Shown here one piece after another: positions 38,170 to 51,309 of a DNA stretch of 64,000 nucleotides. This stretch comes from Tilletiaria anomala UBC 951 (taxonomy: Eukaryota). The notes below the pieces were generated by a model. It saw nothing but the letters and a program-made list of their open reading frames with translations. It had not been told where the DNA came from and searched no databases. The stretch's first letter is position 1; the number at the start of each line of letters is the position of its first letter. The DNA lies in assembly GCF_000711695.1 (NCBI RefSeq), contig NW_013547013.1:1-64000 (forward strand), written 5' to 3'. A program made the position numbers and the translations under genes.

Positions 38170-39728
38170 GGTCGCATTTGGCATGCATCGCAGGACATCT
38201 CAAGATACTACATGTCGATTATCCACATCCCATTTTTCAATCCGGTCCAAACCGAGAACATTGCCTTCCACCAGCCCGCTTTTGCTCACACTCACTTCGC
38301 ATTTTGCAAAGCACAACAATATCAGCCAGGCCTTGCACTGGTGGCTCCCTACTCGTCATTTGGACTCTGTGAACCTCTGGAGCGCCATGAAAGGACTTTC
38401 TTTCTTTCGAGCCTCCCTCAACCTTTTCTACCCTCGATAAGCCTCGGGGATCGGAATACCCCCTCGCCCCAGCCTGCCTCCTTGTTCGTAGCACAGCAAT
38501 GTTTTAGATGTCACCCTATAGGCGCCATGCACATCATCAAGTGAAATGGTCTATATCGAGATTTTGACATCCAAAGCTGCACCGATGACCGCATGCATGT
38601 TCCAGGATGGACATACCCGCTTCCTTCACATCCCCAAGGGGGTGGGCGGACTCGCCTCTTTGGTGACCCAAGTAAGTACAACTTATGTAGTCTTCAAGTA
38701 CTTGTCGTCTTTTCCAAAGACCCAACGGCAAACTCCAATGTCGTAGACGGTGATTGCCATCGGCGCCCGTCGATTCAGTGTATGAGCTAGACCAAGGATA
38801 GTCCGTAAATGACTTGTTGAATGGGCGGGTGTGAGGTGGACTGAACCCCAAATCAAATATTCATTGGCCTAGGCGAGAAAGCGGGCCAATTGCCACCTTT
38901 GGTGAGAGTCGATCCTCATATTGCTCATGTGGGGTGCCATTACACATCGGATTCCAACTAGTCGCAAGATTGGCAAATAGTTGCAGGGTTCCAGGGATTT
39001 ATCTAAAACCCCTCGGTTTGAACAAATTATACATCCAATATCCGGGAGAATGGCCTGACACGGTGAAGCCTGCATCTATTAAACCAAAGTTGAATCGAGT
39101 ACCACCTTGTCCATACCCCTGGCGTGGGACACGACTGTATATTTTCTTCTCTCGAAGACGCTGTGATCTGCTTTCACACTTGACCGCCTACAATGAATCT
39201 GGCGCTCATCCAATTGGACTGCTCACCCACATTAATATTTTGTTAACAACTGGATGTCTTGAAAACAGCGGTGAAGCCCCGGGTTCAGGGTTTTTTTGCG
39301 AAAAGTCTGAAATCTCGAGTTGCTTCGATTCTTGTAGTTCACAGAAACTCGCGCGCGCGGACGTCCGGCGGAACCGGCACGCGCGCGCCAGACGACACCC
39401 CTGCGCGATAGAAATAGGGTGCTGCTCTCAGGACAGGCGGGCGGGCTTACGGGCTGGCTGGTTGGACATTCCCGCTACTATTGTTCATCATCACATCAGT
39501 TGCCCTCATCGCAATTATTCACCGTTGGGGGTCTACTGTATCGTGCCCTTGGAGCCATCGTCTACCTGTATACGCGGTATTGATCACCGAAACGCACGGG
39601 CTTTGCTGGGAATCGCTACGACGATCACGTCGGGCCGAAGCCATTCGCTCCACCCTGAATCCAGATCCACCTGAGGTCGTCTTGGGAAGCGCCGGCCGTA
39701 CCAGTAATCCATCCACTTCCCGTCCACG

Positions 39729-41366
<1,638 letters not shown>

Positions 41367-41633
41367 TTGTTTATTTGCATCGTACGTTTCGTATGCTCGA
41401 GAAGAGAAAGATGGAGCTACCCTGCTCTCGTGCATGTGCATGACACCTCTTGTGCAGATAGAGAAAGAGATGGGCGCATCCGAATCGTCTGTGCGGGCTG
41501 CATGCAGTCGACGCTGGACGTGATGATATTTGAAATCCCGCATACTATGGGCAGCTGCACGTAGTTTATCTGCCGTCAGGTGCTCTTGAATGCGATAGGA
41601 TTACGAGCATGACCTCTACAAATCGATGGTTCT

Positions 41634-43379
41634 CTATGCGCGGATAAGCCTATGTGGCGTAAATGTATGTATGCTTCAGTCAGTGAAGGCAATCTCGCGT
41701 CAGCTTGGGACCTTGCCCTTACTCACGTAGCATCAATTTGCTGGATCTGCGGCAGCGACAAGATTAACTTGCGCCGATAAGCTGGGCCTTCTTTGCGATA
41801 TGCGGGGTTGCCCTCCAAGTAGATGGTCGACAATTGTGGCATATGTGATGGACCCAGATGATCAGTAATGTGATTTATGTCATCGATCTGGTTGTCGTTT
41901 GCCTGCGGTGTCGGAGGGAGACAGTGTAACACGTCTTTTAAGCAACTGGAAACATTGACAACACCCTTGAGATCATCCACGCACCCAAAATTCTTCTAAT
42001 CGGGACAGATGATTGACATTTTCTATCACTTTTACCTTGTTTCCCGCAAAATCGAGCGTCGTAAGCTTGGAATTGTGCTCCAAGCCTTCCAGCTTTGTGA
42101 GGCCATTGTGCGATATGTACAGCTCTTCAAGGTTCGCGAGCTTCTCGAGGTTTTCAAGCTTGGTGATGCGGTTGGATTGGATTGACAATACTCGCAGTCG
42201 TGAGAACTTGTTCAAGTTCTTGAGTCACAAATGTGGAGTCCAAGACCGTCAGCATTGCTTTTGCATCTGAAACTACCGACTGGGGAGGCACTGACCTCCA
42301 ATTTGGTGATCTTGTTCTTTCCAAGCCACAATTCTTCCAAATTTACCAGATCGCCCAGATTCTCCATCGTCTGCATACAGCATTTCAGAGAGCAAAAGCA
42401 GATAAGTGTCAGATAGGACGAAATAGCTGCCACCTTGCACGCACCCGAAGCTTATTCCCGCCTAGCTCGAGACTACGTAACGTAGTCTGCAGGGGCGGCA
42501 TAAAGTCGTCGGGTCGTATCCGCGAGATCTTGTTCTGAACGAAATAGAGCGTGTGGCATTTTCCTAAATGCGATATGTGCGGCAGATGTCGGAAATTGTT
42601 AAACGAGAGATCAAGGCTCCTGTTTTCCGGCGCAGATGACGGTCAGCGTTCTTGCGCAAGCGGAGGGGCAGGGGAGGCAAACGAAATTGACTCGATAAGC
42701 ACTGACTCAAGCTCGGTACACTGTTCTAACGCCTTGCCTAGCTTTTCGATGTGGTTGTCGTATAGGTCAAGATCCTTGAGTTTTTTCAATGCCCCAATAT
42801 CTTTGCTCGAGATGCGGCTAATCTCATTTTGCCGAAGGCCCAAGTACTCGAGGGTATCTCGGAAGCGAGAAAGGCCGAGTTTGCGGAGACTCTTGCTCGT
42901 AAGCCTTAGGTGCGTCAGATCAATGCGCTAGAGAAAGGACGAGACAAGTAGGGAGCGAAAGGCTTCAGCAAAAGGTCGCAGTCAGCATGGCCGGCAATCA
43001 GTGTGCTCACCGTCTCATCAGACGGATAGCGGTCAAGTAAGGCGGCATCTGGTACCTCTACACCGTTGACATCATCCCCATCTGAATCTTCCGTAGTCAC
43101 TCCGTTCGTCCGACGGTCTTTTTGTGCGCCTTCTTTCTCTTCTTCATCGTCCGAATCATCGTCGTCGTCACTTTGGTCACCATTGCGCTTGGCAGCGGCA
43201 GCTTCTGCGAGCTGGTCTGCAGAGAAGCGAGGTGCGGGCGGAAGGTCACCTATGATCTGCACTTTCTGCCTCGGCTTTAAACTTGAGGACGATGAGATGT
43301 TATGGTCGATCGCATGAGGCTGTGACGGCTCAGACGGCCCAGCAGCCGGTGCATCTACATTCGTGTGATCATCTGTCAT
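41634..43379 (-). CDS. SDS22: Protein phosphatase 1 regulatory subunit Sds22 (LRR protein), ~421 aa
   Basis: 7 exons (introns 42928-43010, 42620-42706, 42371-42444, 42219-42295, 41903-41984, 41650-41726). LRRs: LGLRQNEI, LDLYDNHI, LDLSFNN, LELGGNKL, LWLGKNKITKLE, LSIQSNRITKLE, LYISHNGL, IYLEGNP; cap YRRKLILSLPQIQQIDAT. Confidence 0.94.
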
Positions 43380-43859
43380 CGCGATGTGTAACGGCGTCGA
43401 ACCGGTGGGCGGTTAACGCAGTTGGCAGAAGGAGCCAAGACGAGCGTCGTTATGCAAAGATAAATTGGCAGCTACCACCGAAAATGCTCTCGGCTGGCAC
43501 ATGATATTCCCTGACTGGGACAAAGGTGTACGTTCTTGGCAAAGTACAGTGGCCACGTATATCAACCACACCTCATCCTTATACGACAGAGCATGCTACG
43601 ACCACTAAGCATGCGCAGTCAAATGTCCATGCTGCGCCATTCACGTTCTATCGGCCGAGAGGGGCTGGGAATGCTCTCATCGACCAAGATATCGTTCCGC
43701 CCAAATTTCCTGACGTCCTTCTGATTTTGTTGGCCAATCACATCACTTCTCGTTGGAGCTCGTCCTCGTGAAGCATCCAAAGCTGGTCGGGCCCCTTGCA
43801 CTCGCATACTGCGTTACAAGAATAGAAGCGGGACTGGGGCTGCCGCTAGATTTTTCAGT

Positions 43860-46800
43860 ATGGTAAGGTCGTACAACCGTCACGAGCCAACGGCGGCCTT
43901 CGGCCTGATCGCCTCCAACACTGCCGTCCGCCCGGTCCTCGACTCGGATGGCAAGCGCGCCTACGTCGCCGCCCTGGAAGATGTCTTGGTCTGGGACGTC
44001 AAGCGCGGTGAACTCCTCGCGACTTGGCATGAAATCGGCCACATCTCACCTGTCACTGCTATCGCCCGTAACCCGGCCGACAGCGACGTCTCCGCCGTAG
44101 GTTATGCAGATGGTACCGTGCGCCTCTGGAGGGCCTCGACTGGTGCGTCATTTCTCACCTTCAACGGCCACAAGGGCACCGTCACATGTATCGCATGGGA
44201 CTCAAATGGAATGAGGCTCGCAAGCTCCGGGCAAGACACAACGATCGTACTATGGGACGCCATTGCTGAACAAGGGCTTTTCCGGTTAGTGCAGTTGATG
44301 ATCTGCCGAACGATAAGGCATTCCGGCACTGATACACAATCGCTCTTTGTTCGGCAAAGGCTGCAAGGACATAGAGACAGCGTTACAGACATCCTTTTCA
44401 TGCCACAAATTTCCCATGTTGACGAGAGCAGCTCTTCGTCTTCGAGCACTGCAACTCGCTCTGCCCCAGGTCGCCTTTTGGCCAGTGTTTCAAAAGATGG
44501 TCTTCTCAAGCTCTGGGACACTGAGCTGCAGCACTGCGTGGAAACGGTGGCGCCAGGGGATGGGGAGCTGTGGTCGGTCTGCGCTGTACACGCCTCTGAT
44601 CTGCCAGAAGCAGAGCAATCCGCTTCGTCAGCGCTGATTTTCACAGGTGGAAGCGAAGGGCAGATCAAGATGTGGGAGTGTTCGCTACTGCAAGCTCAGA
44701 AATCATCAGAAACGAAACCCAGTGGAACACCTACAGATTCTACTGCAAACCAGTTGCTTCCTGTTTCCGTGCAACTGCAGGGCACTCTCCCTCATGGCTC
44801 ATCGAAGAGGGTCATGCAGATCGCGCTTGCTCCTCGCCCCCAGCAAAGGCCGGACAGTCGTCAGATCGCAGCCTTGACATCCGATCGTACGCTGCAAACC
44901 TACTCGTTCCGGTCTGCCACCGATATTCGCAAAAAGATGGCGAGAAGACTGAAGCGCGCAAAGGAGAAGGCACAGCAGAAAGGCGGCGAAGACAAGAACT
45001 CGCTAGCACAACCACCGCCAGAGGGAGAACTTGTATGGCTATCACACATAGAGGTTGGCGAGATCGTGCGGCCCCAGGATGGTCGCATCCGCGCTTTTGC
45101 TTTTGGCGACAGTCACACACCAGCTGAGAGTAAATCGCACAGCCACCCCGTGCTCTTCGTGCTCAGTAACAACGCTCTCGAGATCCGGAAAGTCTCGACC
45201 AAAGCCAAAGGAAAGGAGGCGGAAAGCTTGGACGCGGGCCTTGTCGCCTCATTTGGGCTCGAACTACCTGGGCACCGAGCGGACATCCGCGCCATCGCCC
45301 TTTCGCACAATGGTGAGCTTATCGCCTCCGCTTGTTCGAGTGGCTCTGTGAAGGTCTGGAACCTCGCTGTCGGAAGATGTCTACGGACCATGCCTTGCGG
45401 CTATGCTCTCTGCTTGACGTGGCTCCCGGACGACTCTCATATTCTGGTCGGTTGCAAGGATGGCTCGATCCACAGTTACGAGGTCGCAAGTGGCAACGAG
45501 GTGGAGGCTATAAAAGCACACGACGGGCCAGTATGGTCGATAGCCCTGAAACCTAATGGGAGCGGATTCGTCAGTGTGAGCGCTGATAAGACGGCCAAAT
45601 TCTGGGAGTTCTCAAGCGATGCGGATGACGACAAAATGGAGGAAGAGCGCGAGTCGGCAAATCCGGCGCCTAATAAACTCTCCCTCGAACATGTGCGCAC
45701 CCTCAAAATGACCGACGACATTCTTTGCGCCTGTTTTTCTCCCAATGGGAAGCTTCTGGCTCTGGCTTTGCTTGACAGCACTGTCAAGGTTTTCTTTGCC
45801 GACTCTCTCAAATTCTTCATCTCTCTCTACGGGCACAAGCTGCCGGTTCTTACCTTGGACATTTCCCTAGACTCCAAGTTGATCATCACGGGCAGTGCGG
45901 ACAAGAATGTCAAAATATGGGGGCTCGACTTCGGCGACTGTCATCGCAGCCTCATTGCGCATGCGGACAGCGTGATGTGCGTTCAATTCGAAAAGGGTCA
46001 ACAAGGCGGCGGCCTCTCGGGTGGTCGTGAAGGCGATAGTCATCGCTTTTGGAGCGCGGGCAAAGATGGGTTGCTCAAGTTCTGGGACGGCGACAACTTC
46101 GAGTCTGTGCAAACACTCCAGGGTCACCACGGTGAAATCTGGGCTATGGATGTAGACGGCCGAGGGTCAAAAGTGGTGACGGCAGGCGCCGACAGAAGCA
46201 TTCGATTATGGGAAAAGACAGACGAGCTTCTCTTTCTTGAAGAGGAGCGCGAGCGCCAGTTGGAGATGGTCTATCAGAACGCTGGGAACTCGCGCACCGA
46301 TGACGAGAAGCAAATCGGCCAGCTGGCAGATGCGGATGGACAGGCAAAGGCGAGTGCCCAACCCGAGGCAACGCTCGTGACTGCACCCGCACACACCTCG
46401 CTCACAACAGGAGAAAGGCTCATCGAGGCAATTGAGGTCGCCGACCGCGACAGGCACGAACAGGCCGATCCTTTGCCTCCTCCACGCAGCGCCGCGCTGC
46501 TCGCTGGTTTGCAGGACGGCGACGAACAAATGCCAGCGCGCTTTGTTTTCAGAGTCGTGGAGAAAATTCCATCGACACAACTGACGGACGTGCTGCTACT
46601 CTTGCCCTTTCACAATGTGACATCACTATTCGAGTACATTGATACGTGGCTTCAAAAGGTTGGTGAATGTTGGCGTTGGCCCCACCCAAATGTACTTACT
46701 GAATCTCACTCCCTCCCTTTTCAGGAATGGTCCCTGCCGCTGTCGTCCCGCATTCTCTTCTTCCTCTTAAGAACACATCACCAGCAGATCGCGAGTAACA

Positions 46801-47074
46801 AGCTTTTGCGTGGCACTATCAATAGACTGCGCACCAGCCTTCGCGCAGCACTACTCAAGAACAAGGTGAGGATTGGCTCTGCTTACGCTCGAAGGCAGTG
46901 ATGCTCAATCTGCCTTTTTAACAGACTCTGGTCGGTTTCAATATGAGCGGGTTGCGATATGCCCAGGCGCAAGCTGCGTCACGCAAGCAGGCTTCGTTGG
47001 GCGTCTTTGAAGACGATATCGATACATCGACCCAATTTCCCGTGACAACTAAACGCAAATTCAATGTAGTCTAA
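43860..47074 (+). CDS. DIP2: U3 snoRNP/SSU processome WD40 protein Utp12/Dip2, ~1004 aa
   Basis: Introns 44285-44359, 46659-46724, 46866-46924. N-terminus MVRSYNRHE..AFGLIAS; many WD repeats; SLYGHKLPVL, ITGSADKNVKIWGLDFGDCHRS, LFLEEERERQLE; C-terminal Utp12 domain LLLLPF...LFFLLRTHHQQI...VGFN. Confidence 0.95.
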
Positions 47075-47083
47075 TGCAACCCG

Positions 47084-48802
47084 TCAAGCTAAACCCGTGT
47101 CTGTTCTGTTCGCGATACCGACCCTTCTCTGTCCGTTTCCAATGTCAAATGTCACCTGGCAAGCATAAACGTCTGAGCAAAGGATTACAGGAAGCCTAGA
47201 AGCCAGTTTCAACTCACTGCATGATTCTTGATGAAGGTGAGCCCAACGATGGAGAATTGCTCAGGTCCTTGTTGGAAGGCACTGATGCACATGCCATCCT
47301 GGCCGCCAGCGCTCTTTGCAGGGACGGATAAATTGGGGTAGAAGACAAAGTCTTCCGTCGGAACTGCAAACGGATGAGAGTTTACCTCCAGAATGAATTC
47401 TTGGTTCTTGGTCGATAAAGTGCTTTCGTACTCCGGTAGACCAGTGTCACAGGGGACGAGCCAATATCCGAGCGTGTCAGAGTATGTTGACCCTTGGATA
47501 CGATCATTTGCGCGTCGGGCAGCTGCTGGAGGGAGGTTGATGAGGGCTGAGCCAGTGTCCATGATCATTGCACGCGTTTGGTTTGACGGGATGATGGATT
47601 GGCCGCCGATGCGCATGTCATCGTAAGAAGTCCCCCAATAGATGGAGGATGTCACGTCACTCCAAATCACAGGGCCGTCCTGGTACACAGTGTCCAAGTC
47701 TCCGAGAATGTAGCTGCCTCCGCCTCCTTGCCCGGTGCGTCGGTCGCCCTTGACAAGCGATGCCGTCAAGTATGGGTGCTGCAGCTTACCATCTCTGGCC
47801 AAGGCTTCAAGTGGTGTCGTCCAGCCTCCTGCAGCTGGGCTGGCGGCACCGTTGGAGAGTCCGACCAAGCCTTCCATCGCACGACTGGCTCGCGACGTGC
47901 CCGTGATCTGGGTGGCCAAGGCAAGAGGAAGAGAGGGAACTTGCAAAGCACCGTCCGAGAAGGTGAAGGTGTCCATACCGATGTACCCTTGCGTTGTGCT
48001 CCCTCCACCATAGGAAATTTTCCATGCCTCGCCCGGAGCCCCTGCTTCAGCTTTCTCGACGTTTCCTTCATCATCGACAGTACGATTTGTGTAGGTAGAA
48101 GAGCTGGACGGATTGAAGTAGTCGTGGTTAGAGAGGTAGCAGCAATCAGGGGAGTACGTCCAAGTGTCTGGCGACCCAGTATCAAAGACGACTTTGAGGT
48201 GCTGGGGCGGCGTGCCGAATCCGACTTCAACGAGCCACTGCCGGTAAGACAATGGCAAAAGATGATCAATCAGGTGCGGCAACAGACTGTCTCTCTCACA
48301 CGCATTAAATCACCTCATTGTCATTCTCCGTGTTGGAGGTCTGTGCTGTGTACACTCCCCAGCCTTGGTCTTTGATGAACTTGGAGACTTTGAAGAGCGA
48401 GGCCGCGTCCAACGATTTGGCACCTGTGCTCAGCAGTCTCTTGGTCTTCGCGGCATGTCTCTTCCGCCTGCTGTGCGGAGCGTGGGGATCCGATCTGGTC
48501 ATCAAAGAGAGTGAGAGCACACCATGACGGTTTTCGTGCGGCGACTGTGTCGAGACGCGATATCTCGGACTGAGCACAGCGGCAACATTTGGGAGCAGCA
48601 GGCCCTCGTCAAGGTCGAAAAGTGAATGGAAGGGGTCCCTTTGAACATTGAGGCGCTGCGAGCTAGGTGAGCGAGCAGCGATGGCTCGATGTGCTTCGCG
48701 GGATGTGTAAAGTTCGAAGGCCATTGGCTGAGCCTGACTCGCTAGCGCTGAGATGGACATGATGGTAACCAATATAGGGCCGCGGTGCGGAAAGGCAATC
48801 AT
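47084..48802 (-). CDS. Secreted pepsin-like (A1) aspartic protease, ~526 aa
   Basis: Introns 48238-48313 and 47156-47217. Two catalytic motifs, VVFDTGS and IMDTGS; flap ISYGGGS; EGLVGL; last exon VTFDIGNGQRRVGIA; signal-like N-terminus and a propeptide with RRKR/KR sites. Confidence 0.92.
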
Positions 48803-49584
48803 GATGGCGTGCGGCGTGGGATCGGGTGAAAGCGGCCACTTCACTTGGGTACTGTACAGGTATCGTGTAACCCTGGCCGATGTCGCGCAAGACGTGCAAC
48901 GAATCTGCGTTTGATGTGAGATGTCTAGTTGGAGAAGGAGCTATCGTTCCAAACGGTATTGCGAGATGCTGAAAGCCGAAATCGGTGCCTAGGTAGACGA
49001 GATTGTTGGATGGGACACTGTCATCAACTGAGCGAAGATGAAACGAACCTGCTGCTGGGGAAAATGGGGATCAAGCAGGGATCAAAGCCAACCAGAAAGG
49101 GAAGAGAGGCGCAAGAGCGATGAGTTCGAGGCAGGGAGCGAAAGAAGATGATTGATTGATTGTCATCATGATGCATCCATGCCATCATAATATGCCAGAC
49201 TTGACAGCGAGGCGTGGTGCTGTTGGGTCAGCCTTTCGGCGCCGTTTGTTTGAGAGACGGTGGCTCCCTCTATGTACTGCAAGAGGAAGGGAGGGCTCTC
49301 TCTGCATTTTGCAGATGGCCAAGAGGAAAAGTACCTTTTTGGCTTCCCAGAAAGACTGCAGATGCCAGCGGCCAGACTCAGACTGTGATTCTGGGGCGTG
49401 AAGCATTGTTAGGAGAGCCCTGGAGATGGAACAAAAATACATACATACAGCCATTCATACCGACGTGGCCAGGCTTCCTTGCTGCAAGGGGGTGGTGTTG
49501 TTGTTCCTCGATCTGGTTGTGATTGTTGCACGGTTGCGGCGAACGGGTCGCAGCAAGTGTGAAATAGAAATATGTATGCGGGTG

Positions 49585-49594
49585 GTCACGTGAC
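49585..49594. promoter_or_regulatory. GTCACGTGAC palindromic E-box (Cbf1/bHLH-type site)
   Basis: Perfect palindrome about 300 nt upstream of the DUF3752 gene, in the divergent intergenic region shared with the protease. Confidence 0.4.
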
Positions 49595-49895
49595 ACGTTT
49601 TGTCGTTAGGAGGTTGTCGAATGTCCGAGCTTCCTTTCGACTGTGAACCGGACTTCCCGACGTCCTTGAGCACAACCAGCATTTAAAGACTTCAAGAGCG
49701 CCATTGTTGTATGTATATACAAGTACAAGAACTGACCGACACGCCGTGCATACATAAGGCAAACCATGCATCTTCATGCTGACATCTGAATTCGAGGGCA
49801 TCTATGAAAATCGCAGCTGACACGCTCTCTGCCCGGAGGCGCGCGCTTCTCCCGTCGTTCTGCTCGCGCGATGGGCAATCTGCTCGACGGAGGCA

Positions 49896-51224
49896 ATGAT
49901 TCAGCAGCTCAACATTCCAGCAGCAATGATGATCGGCCCAAGCCTTCCCGATACGCTCACAGCCCAGCACCGTGCAAATGGGCTTCAGCCCACCGCCAGA
50001 GACTCTAGGTCTGATCGTGAAGACAGTCGGTCTCACGGATTTTCCGATGGAAGTCAGAGCGCCAGAACGCGCAGCGAATCGCAGAGCGAGAGCGACGACA
50101 ATGACATGATCGGACCAGCCCCTTTATCTGCAAAGGTAAATAAGGGAGACCATACGGAAGCGATCAGATCTTTCCGCGAGCGAGAGGAGAGAATGCGGCA
50201 AGCGCGAGAGCAGGTGTGTGCGAGAGGCCATGTTATTCAGTGCACAATTCTCGACCATTTGATTGATGATTGACTGGAGTCAATTCCACAGGAAGAAGAA
50301 GCAAGAGCACGAGAGCAGACCAGCCGTCCAGAATGGATGCTACAGCTACCAAAGCGCACCAGCGTTCAAGACCTGGTAGGCGACCCACTAAAACTCAAGT
50401 CACGGGGTTTCTCTCAGAACAATCGGGTGCAAGCGCGGTCGGGCATCAGCAGTGCTACAGGACCAGCCCAGGACTCGAATCTCTGGACGGAGACTCCGCA
50501 GCAGCGGACAGAGAGGCTCCATCGAGAGGCTCAGGGCAGCGTTCAGGGGGCTCAGCCCACTCTCGGCGTCGAGGCTTCGTGGGAAGTGAAGCTGCGCAAT
50601 TCCAGGGAGCATCAGAGGGCAGAAGCGATCGAGCGAGATCCATCACGTTCCCAAACGCTCCTCGAGATTCACCGGCAAAAACGAAGAGACGAATATTCCT
50701 CCCAGAACAGAGAGCGTCAGCGTGATCGCTCTCATCGTCACTCTTCATCCTCCTCCCGCGATCGCGACAAGCGACGTGTGCACGACAGCAATAAAGATGA
50801 GCAGCCTGACCGAGAAAAAAGGCTCACGAAAGACTCTTCGCACAGAGAGAAGCGCGGGCGGGAGGATGAATCTGACGTCTCGGGTAAACTCGGACATGAA
50901 GCCGGGGATGAGGCGCGGAGACACAAACGCAAGCACCGCTCACGTAAGGATCCAATTGGGGACGACGATGGGGAGGAAAGATCCCGCAAGAGGTCTTCAA
51001 GGAGGTGTTCCAAGGCGATCGACTATTCTTCCCGCAAAGACGAAACGGTGTCTTCTCATGATCGACCTGGCTCGAGCAGTGCGACCACCGTCGGCTCTTG
51101 GGATTGGGAGAAAGCAATGAGTATCGGGGGAAGGCTCGTGGATGAGAGGGCCAGGAAGAAGACTATTCAACAGGCTGCAGGGTTATCAGATCGATTTGGT
51201 CGAGGCTCATCATCATTCTTGTAA
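49896..51224 (+). CDS. DUF3752/GPALPP-motif protein, ~416 aa, with an R/S/D/K-rich insert
   Basis: Intron 50214-50291. Motifs: IGPSLP, IGPAP, RPEWML, LWTETPQQR, TLLEIH, WDWEKAM, LSDRFGRGSSSFL*. The start could instead be ATG 49926. Confidence 0.75.
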
Positions 51225-51309
51225 CATACATCATCTGCTTCTCCCGGTCTCTGCGGATGACGACAGGAAGGCTAGTCCTTTGCGAGCAGGGTGGTGTGCC
51301 ATTGGCAAT

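Noticed and set aside
38540..39680. ORFs between the chitin synthase and the MAPK, including a 246-aa GTG-start ORF
   Set aside because: No domain signal and non-coding-like composition; may be eroded repeat DNA but cannot be supported.
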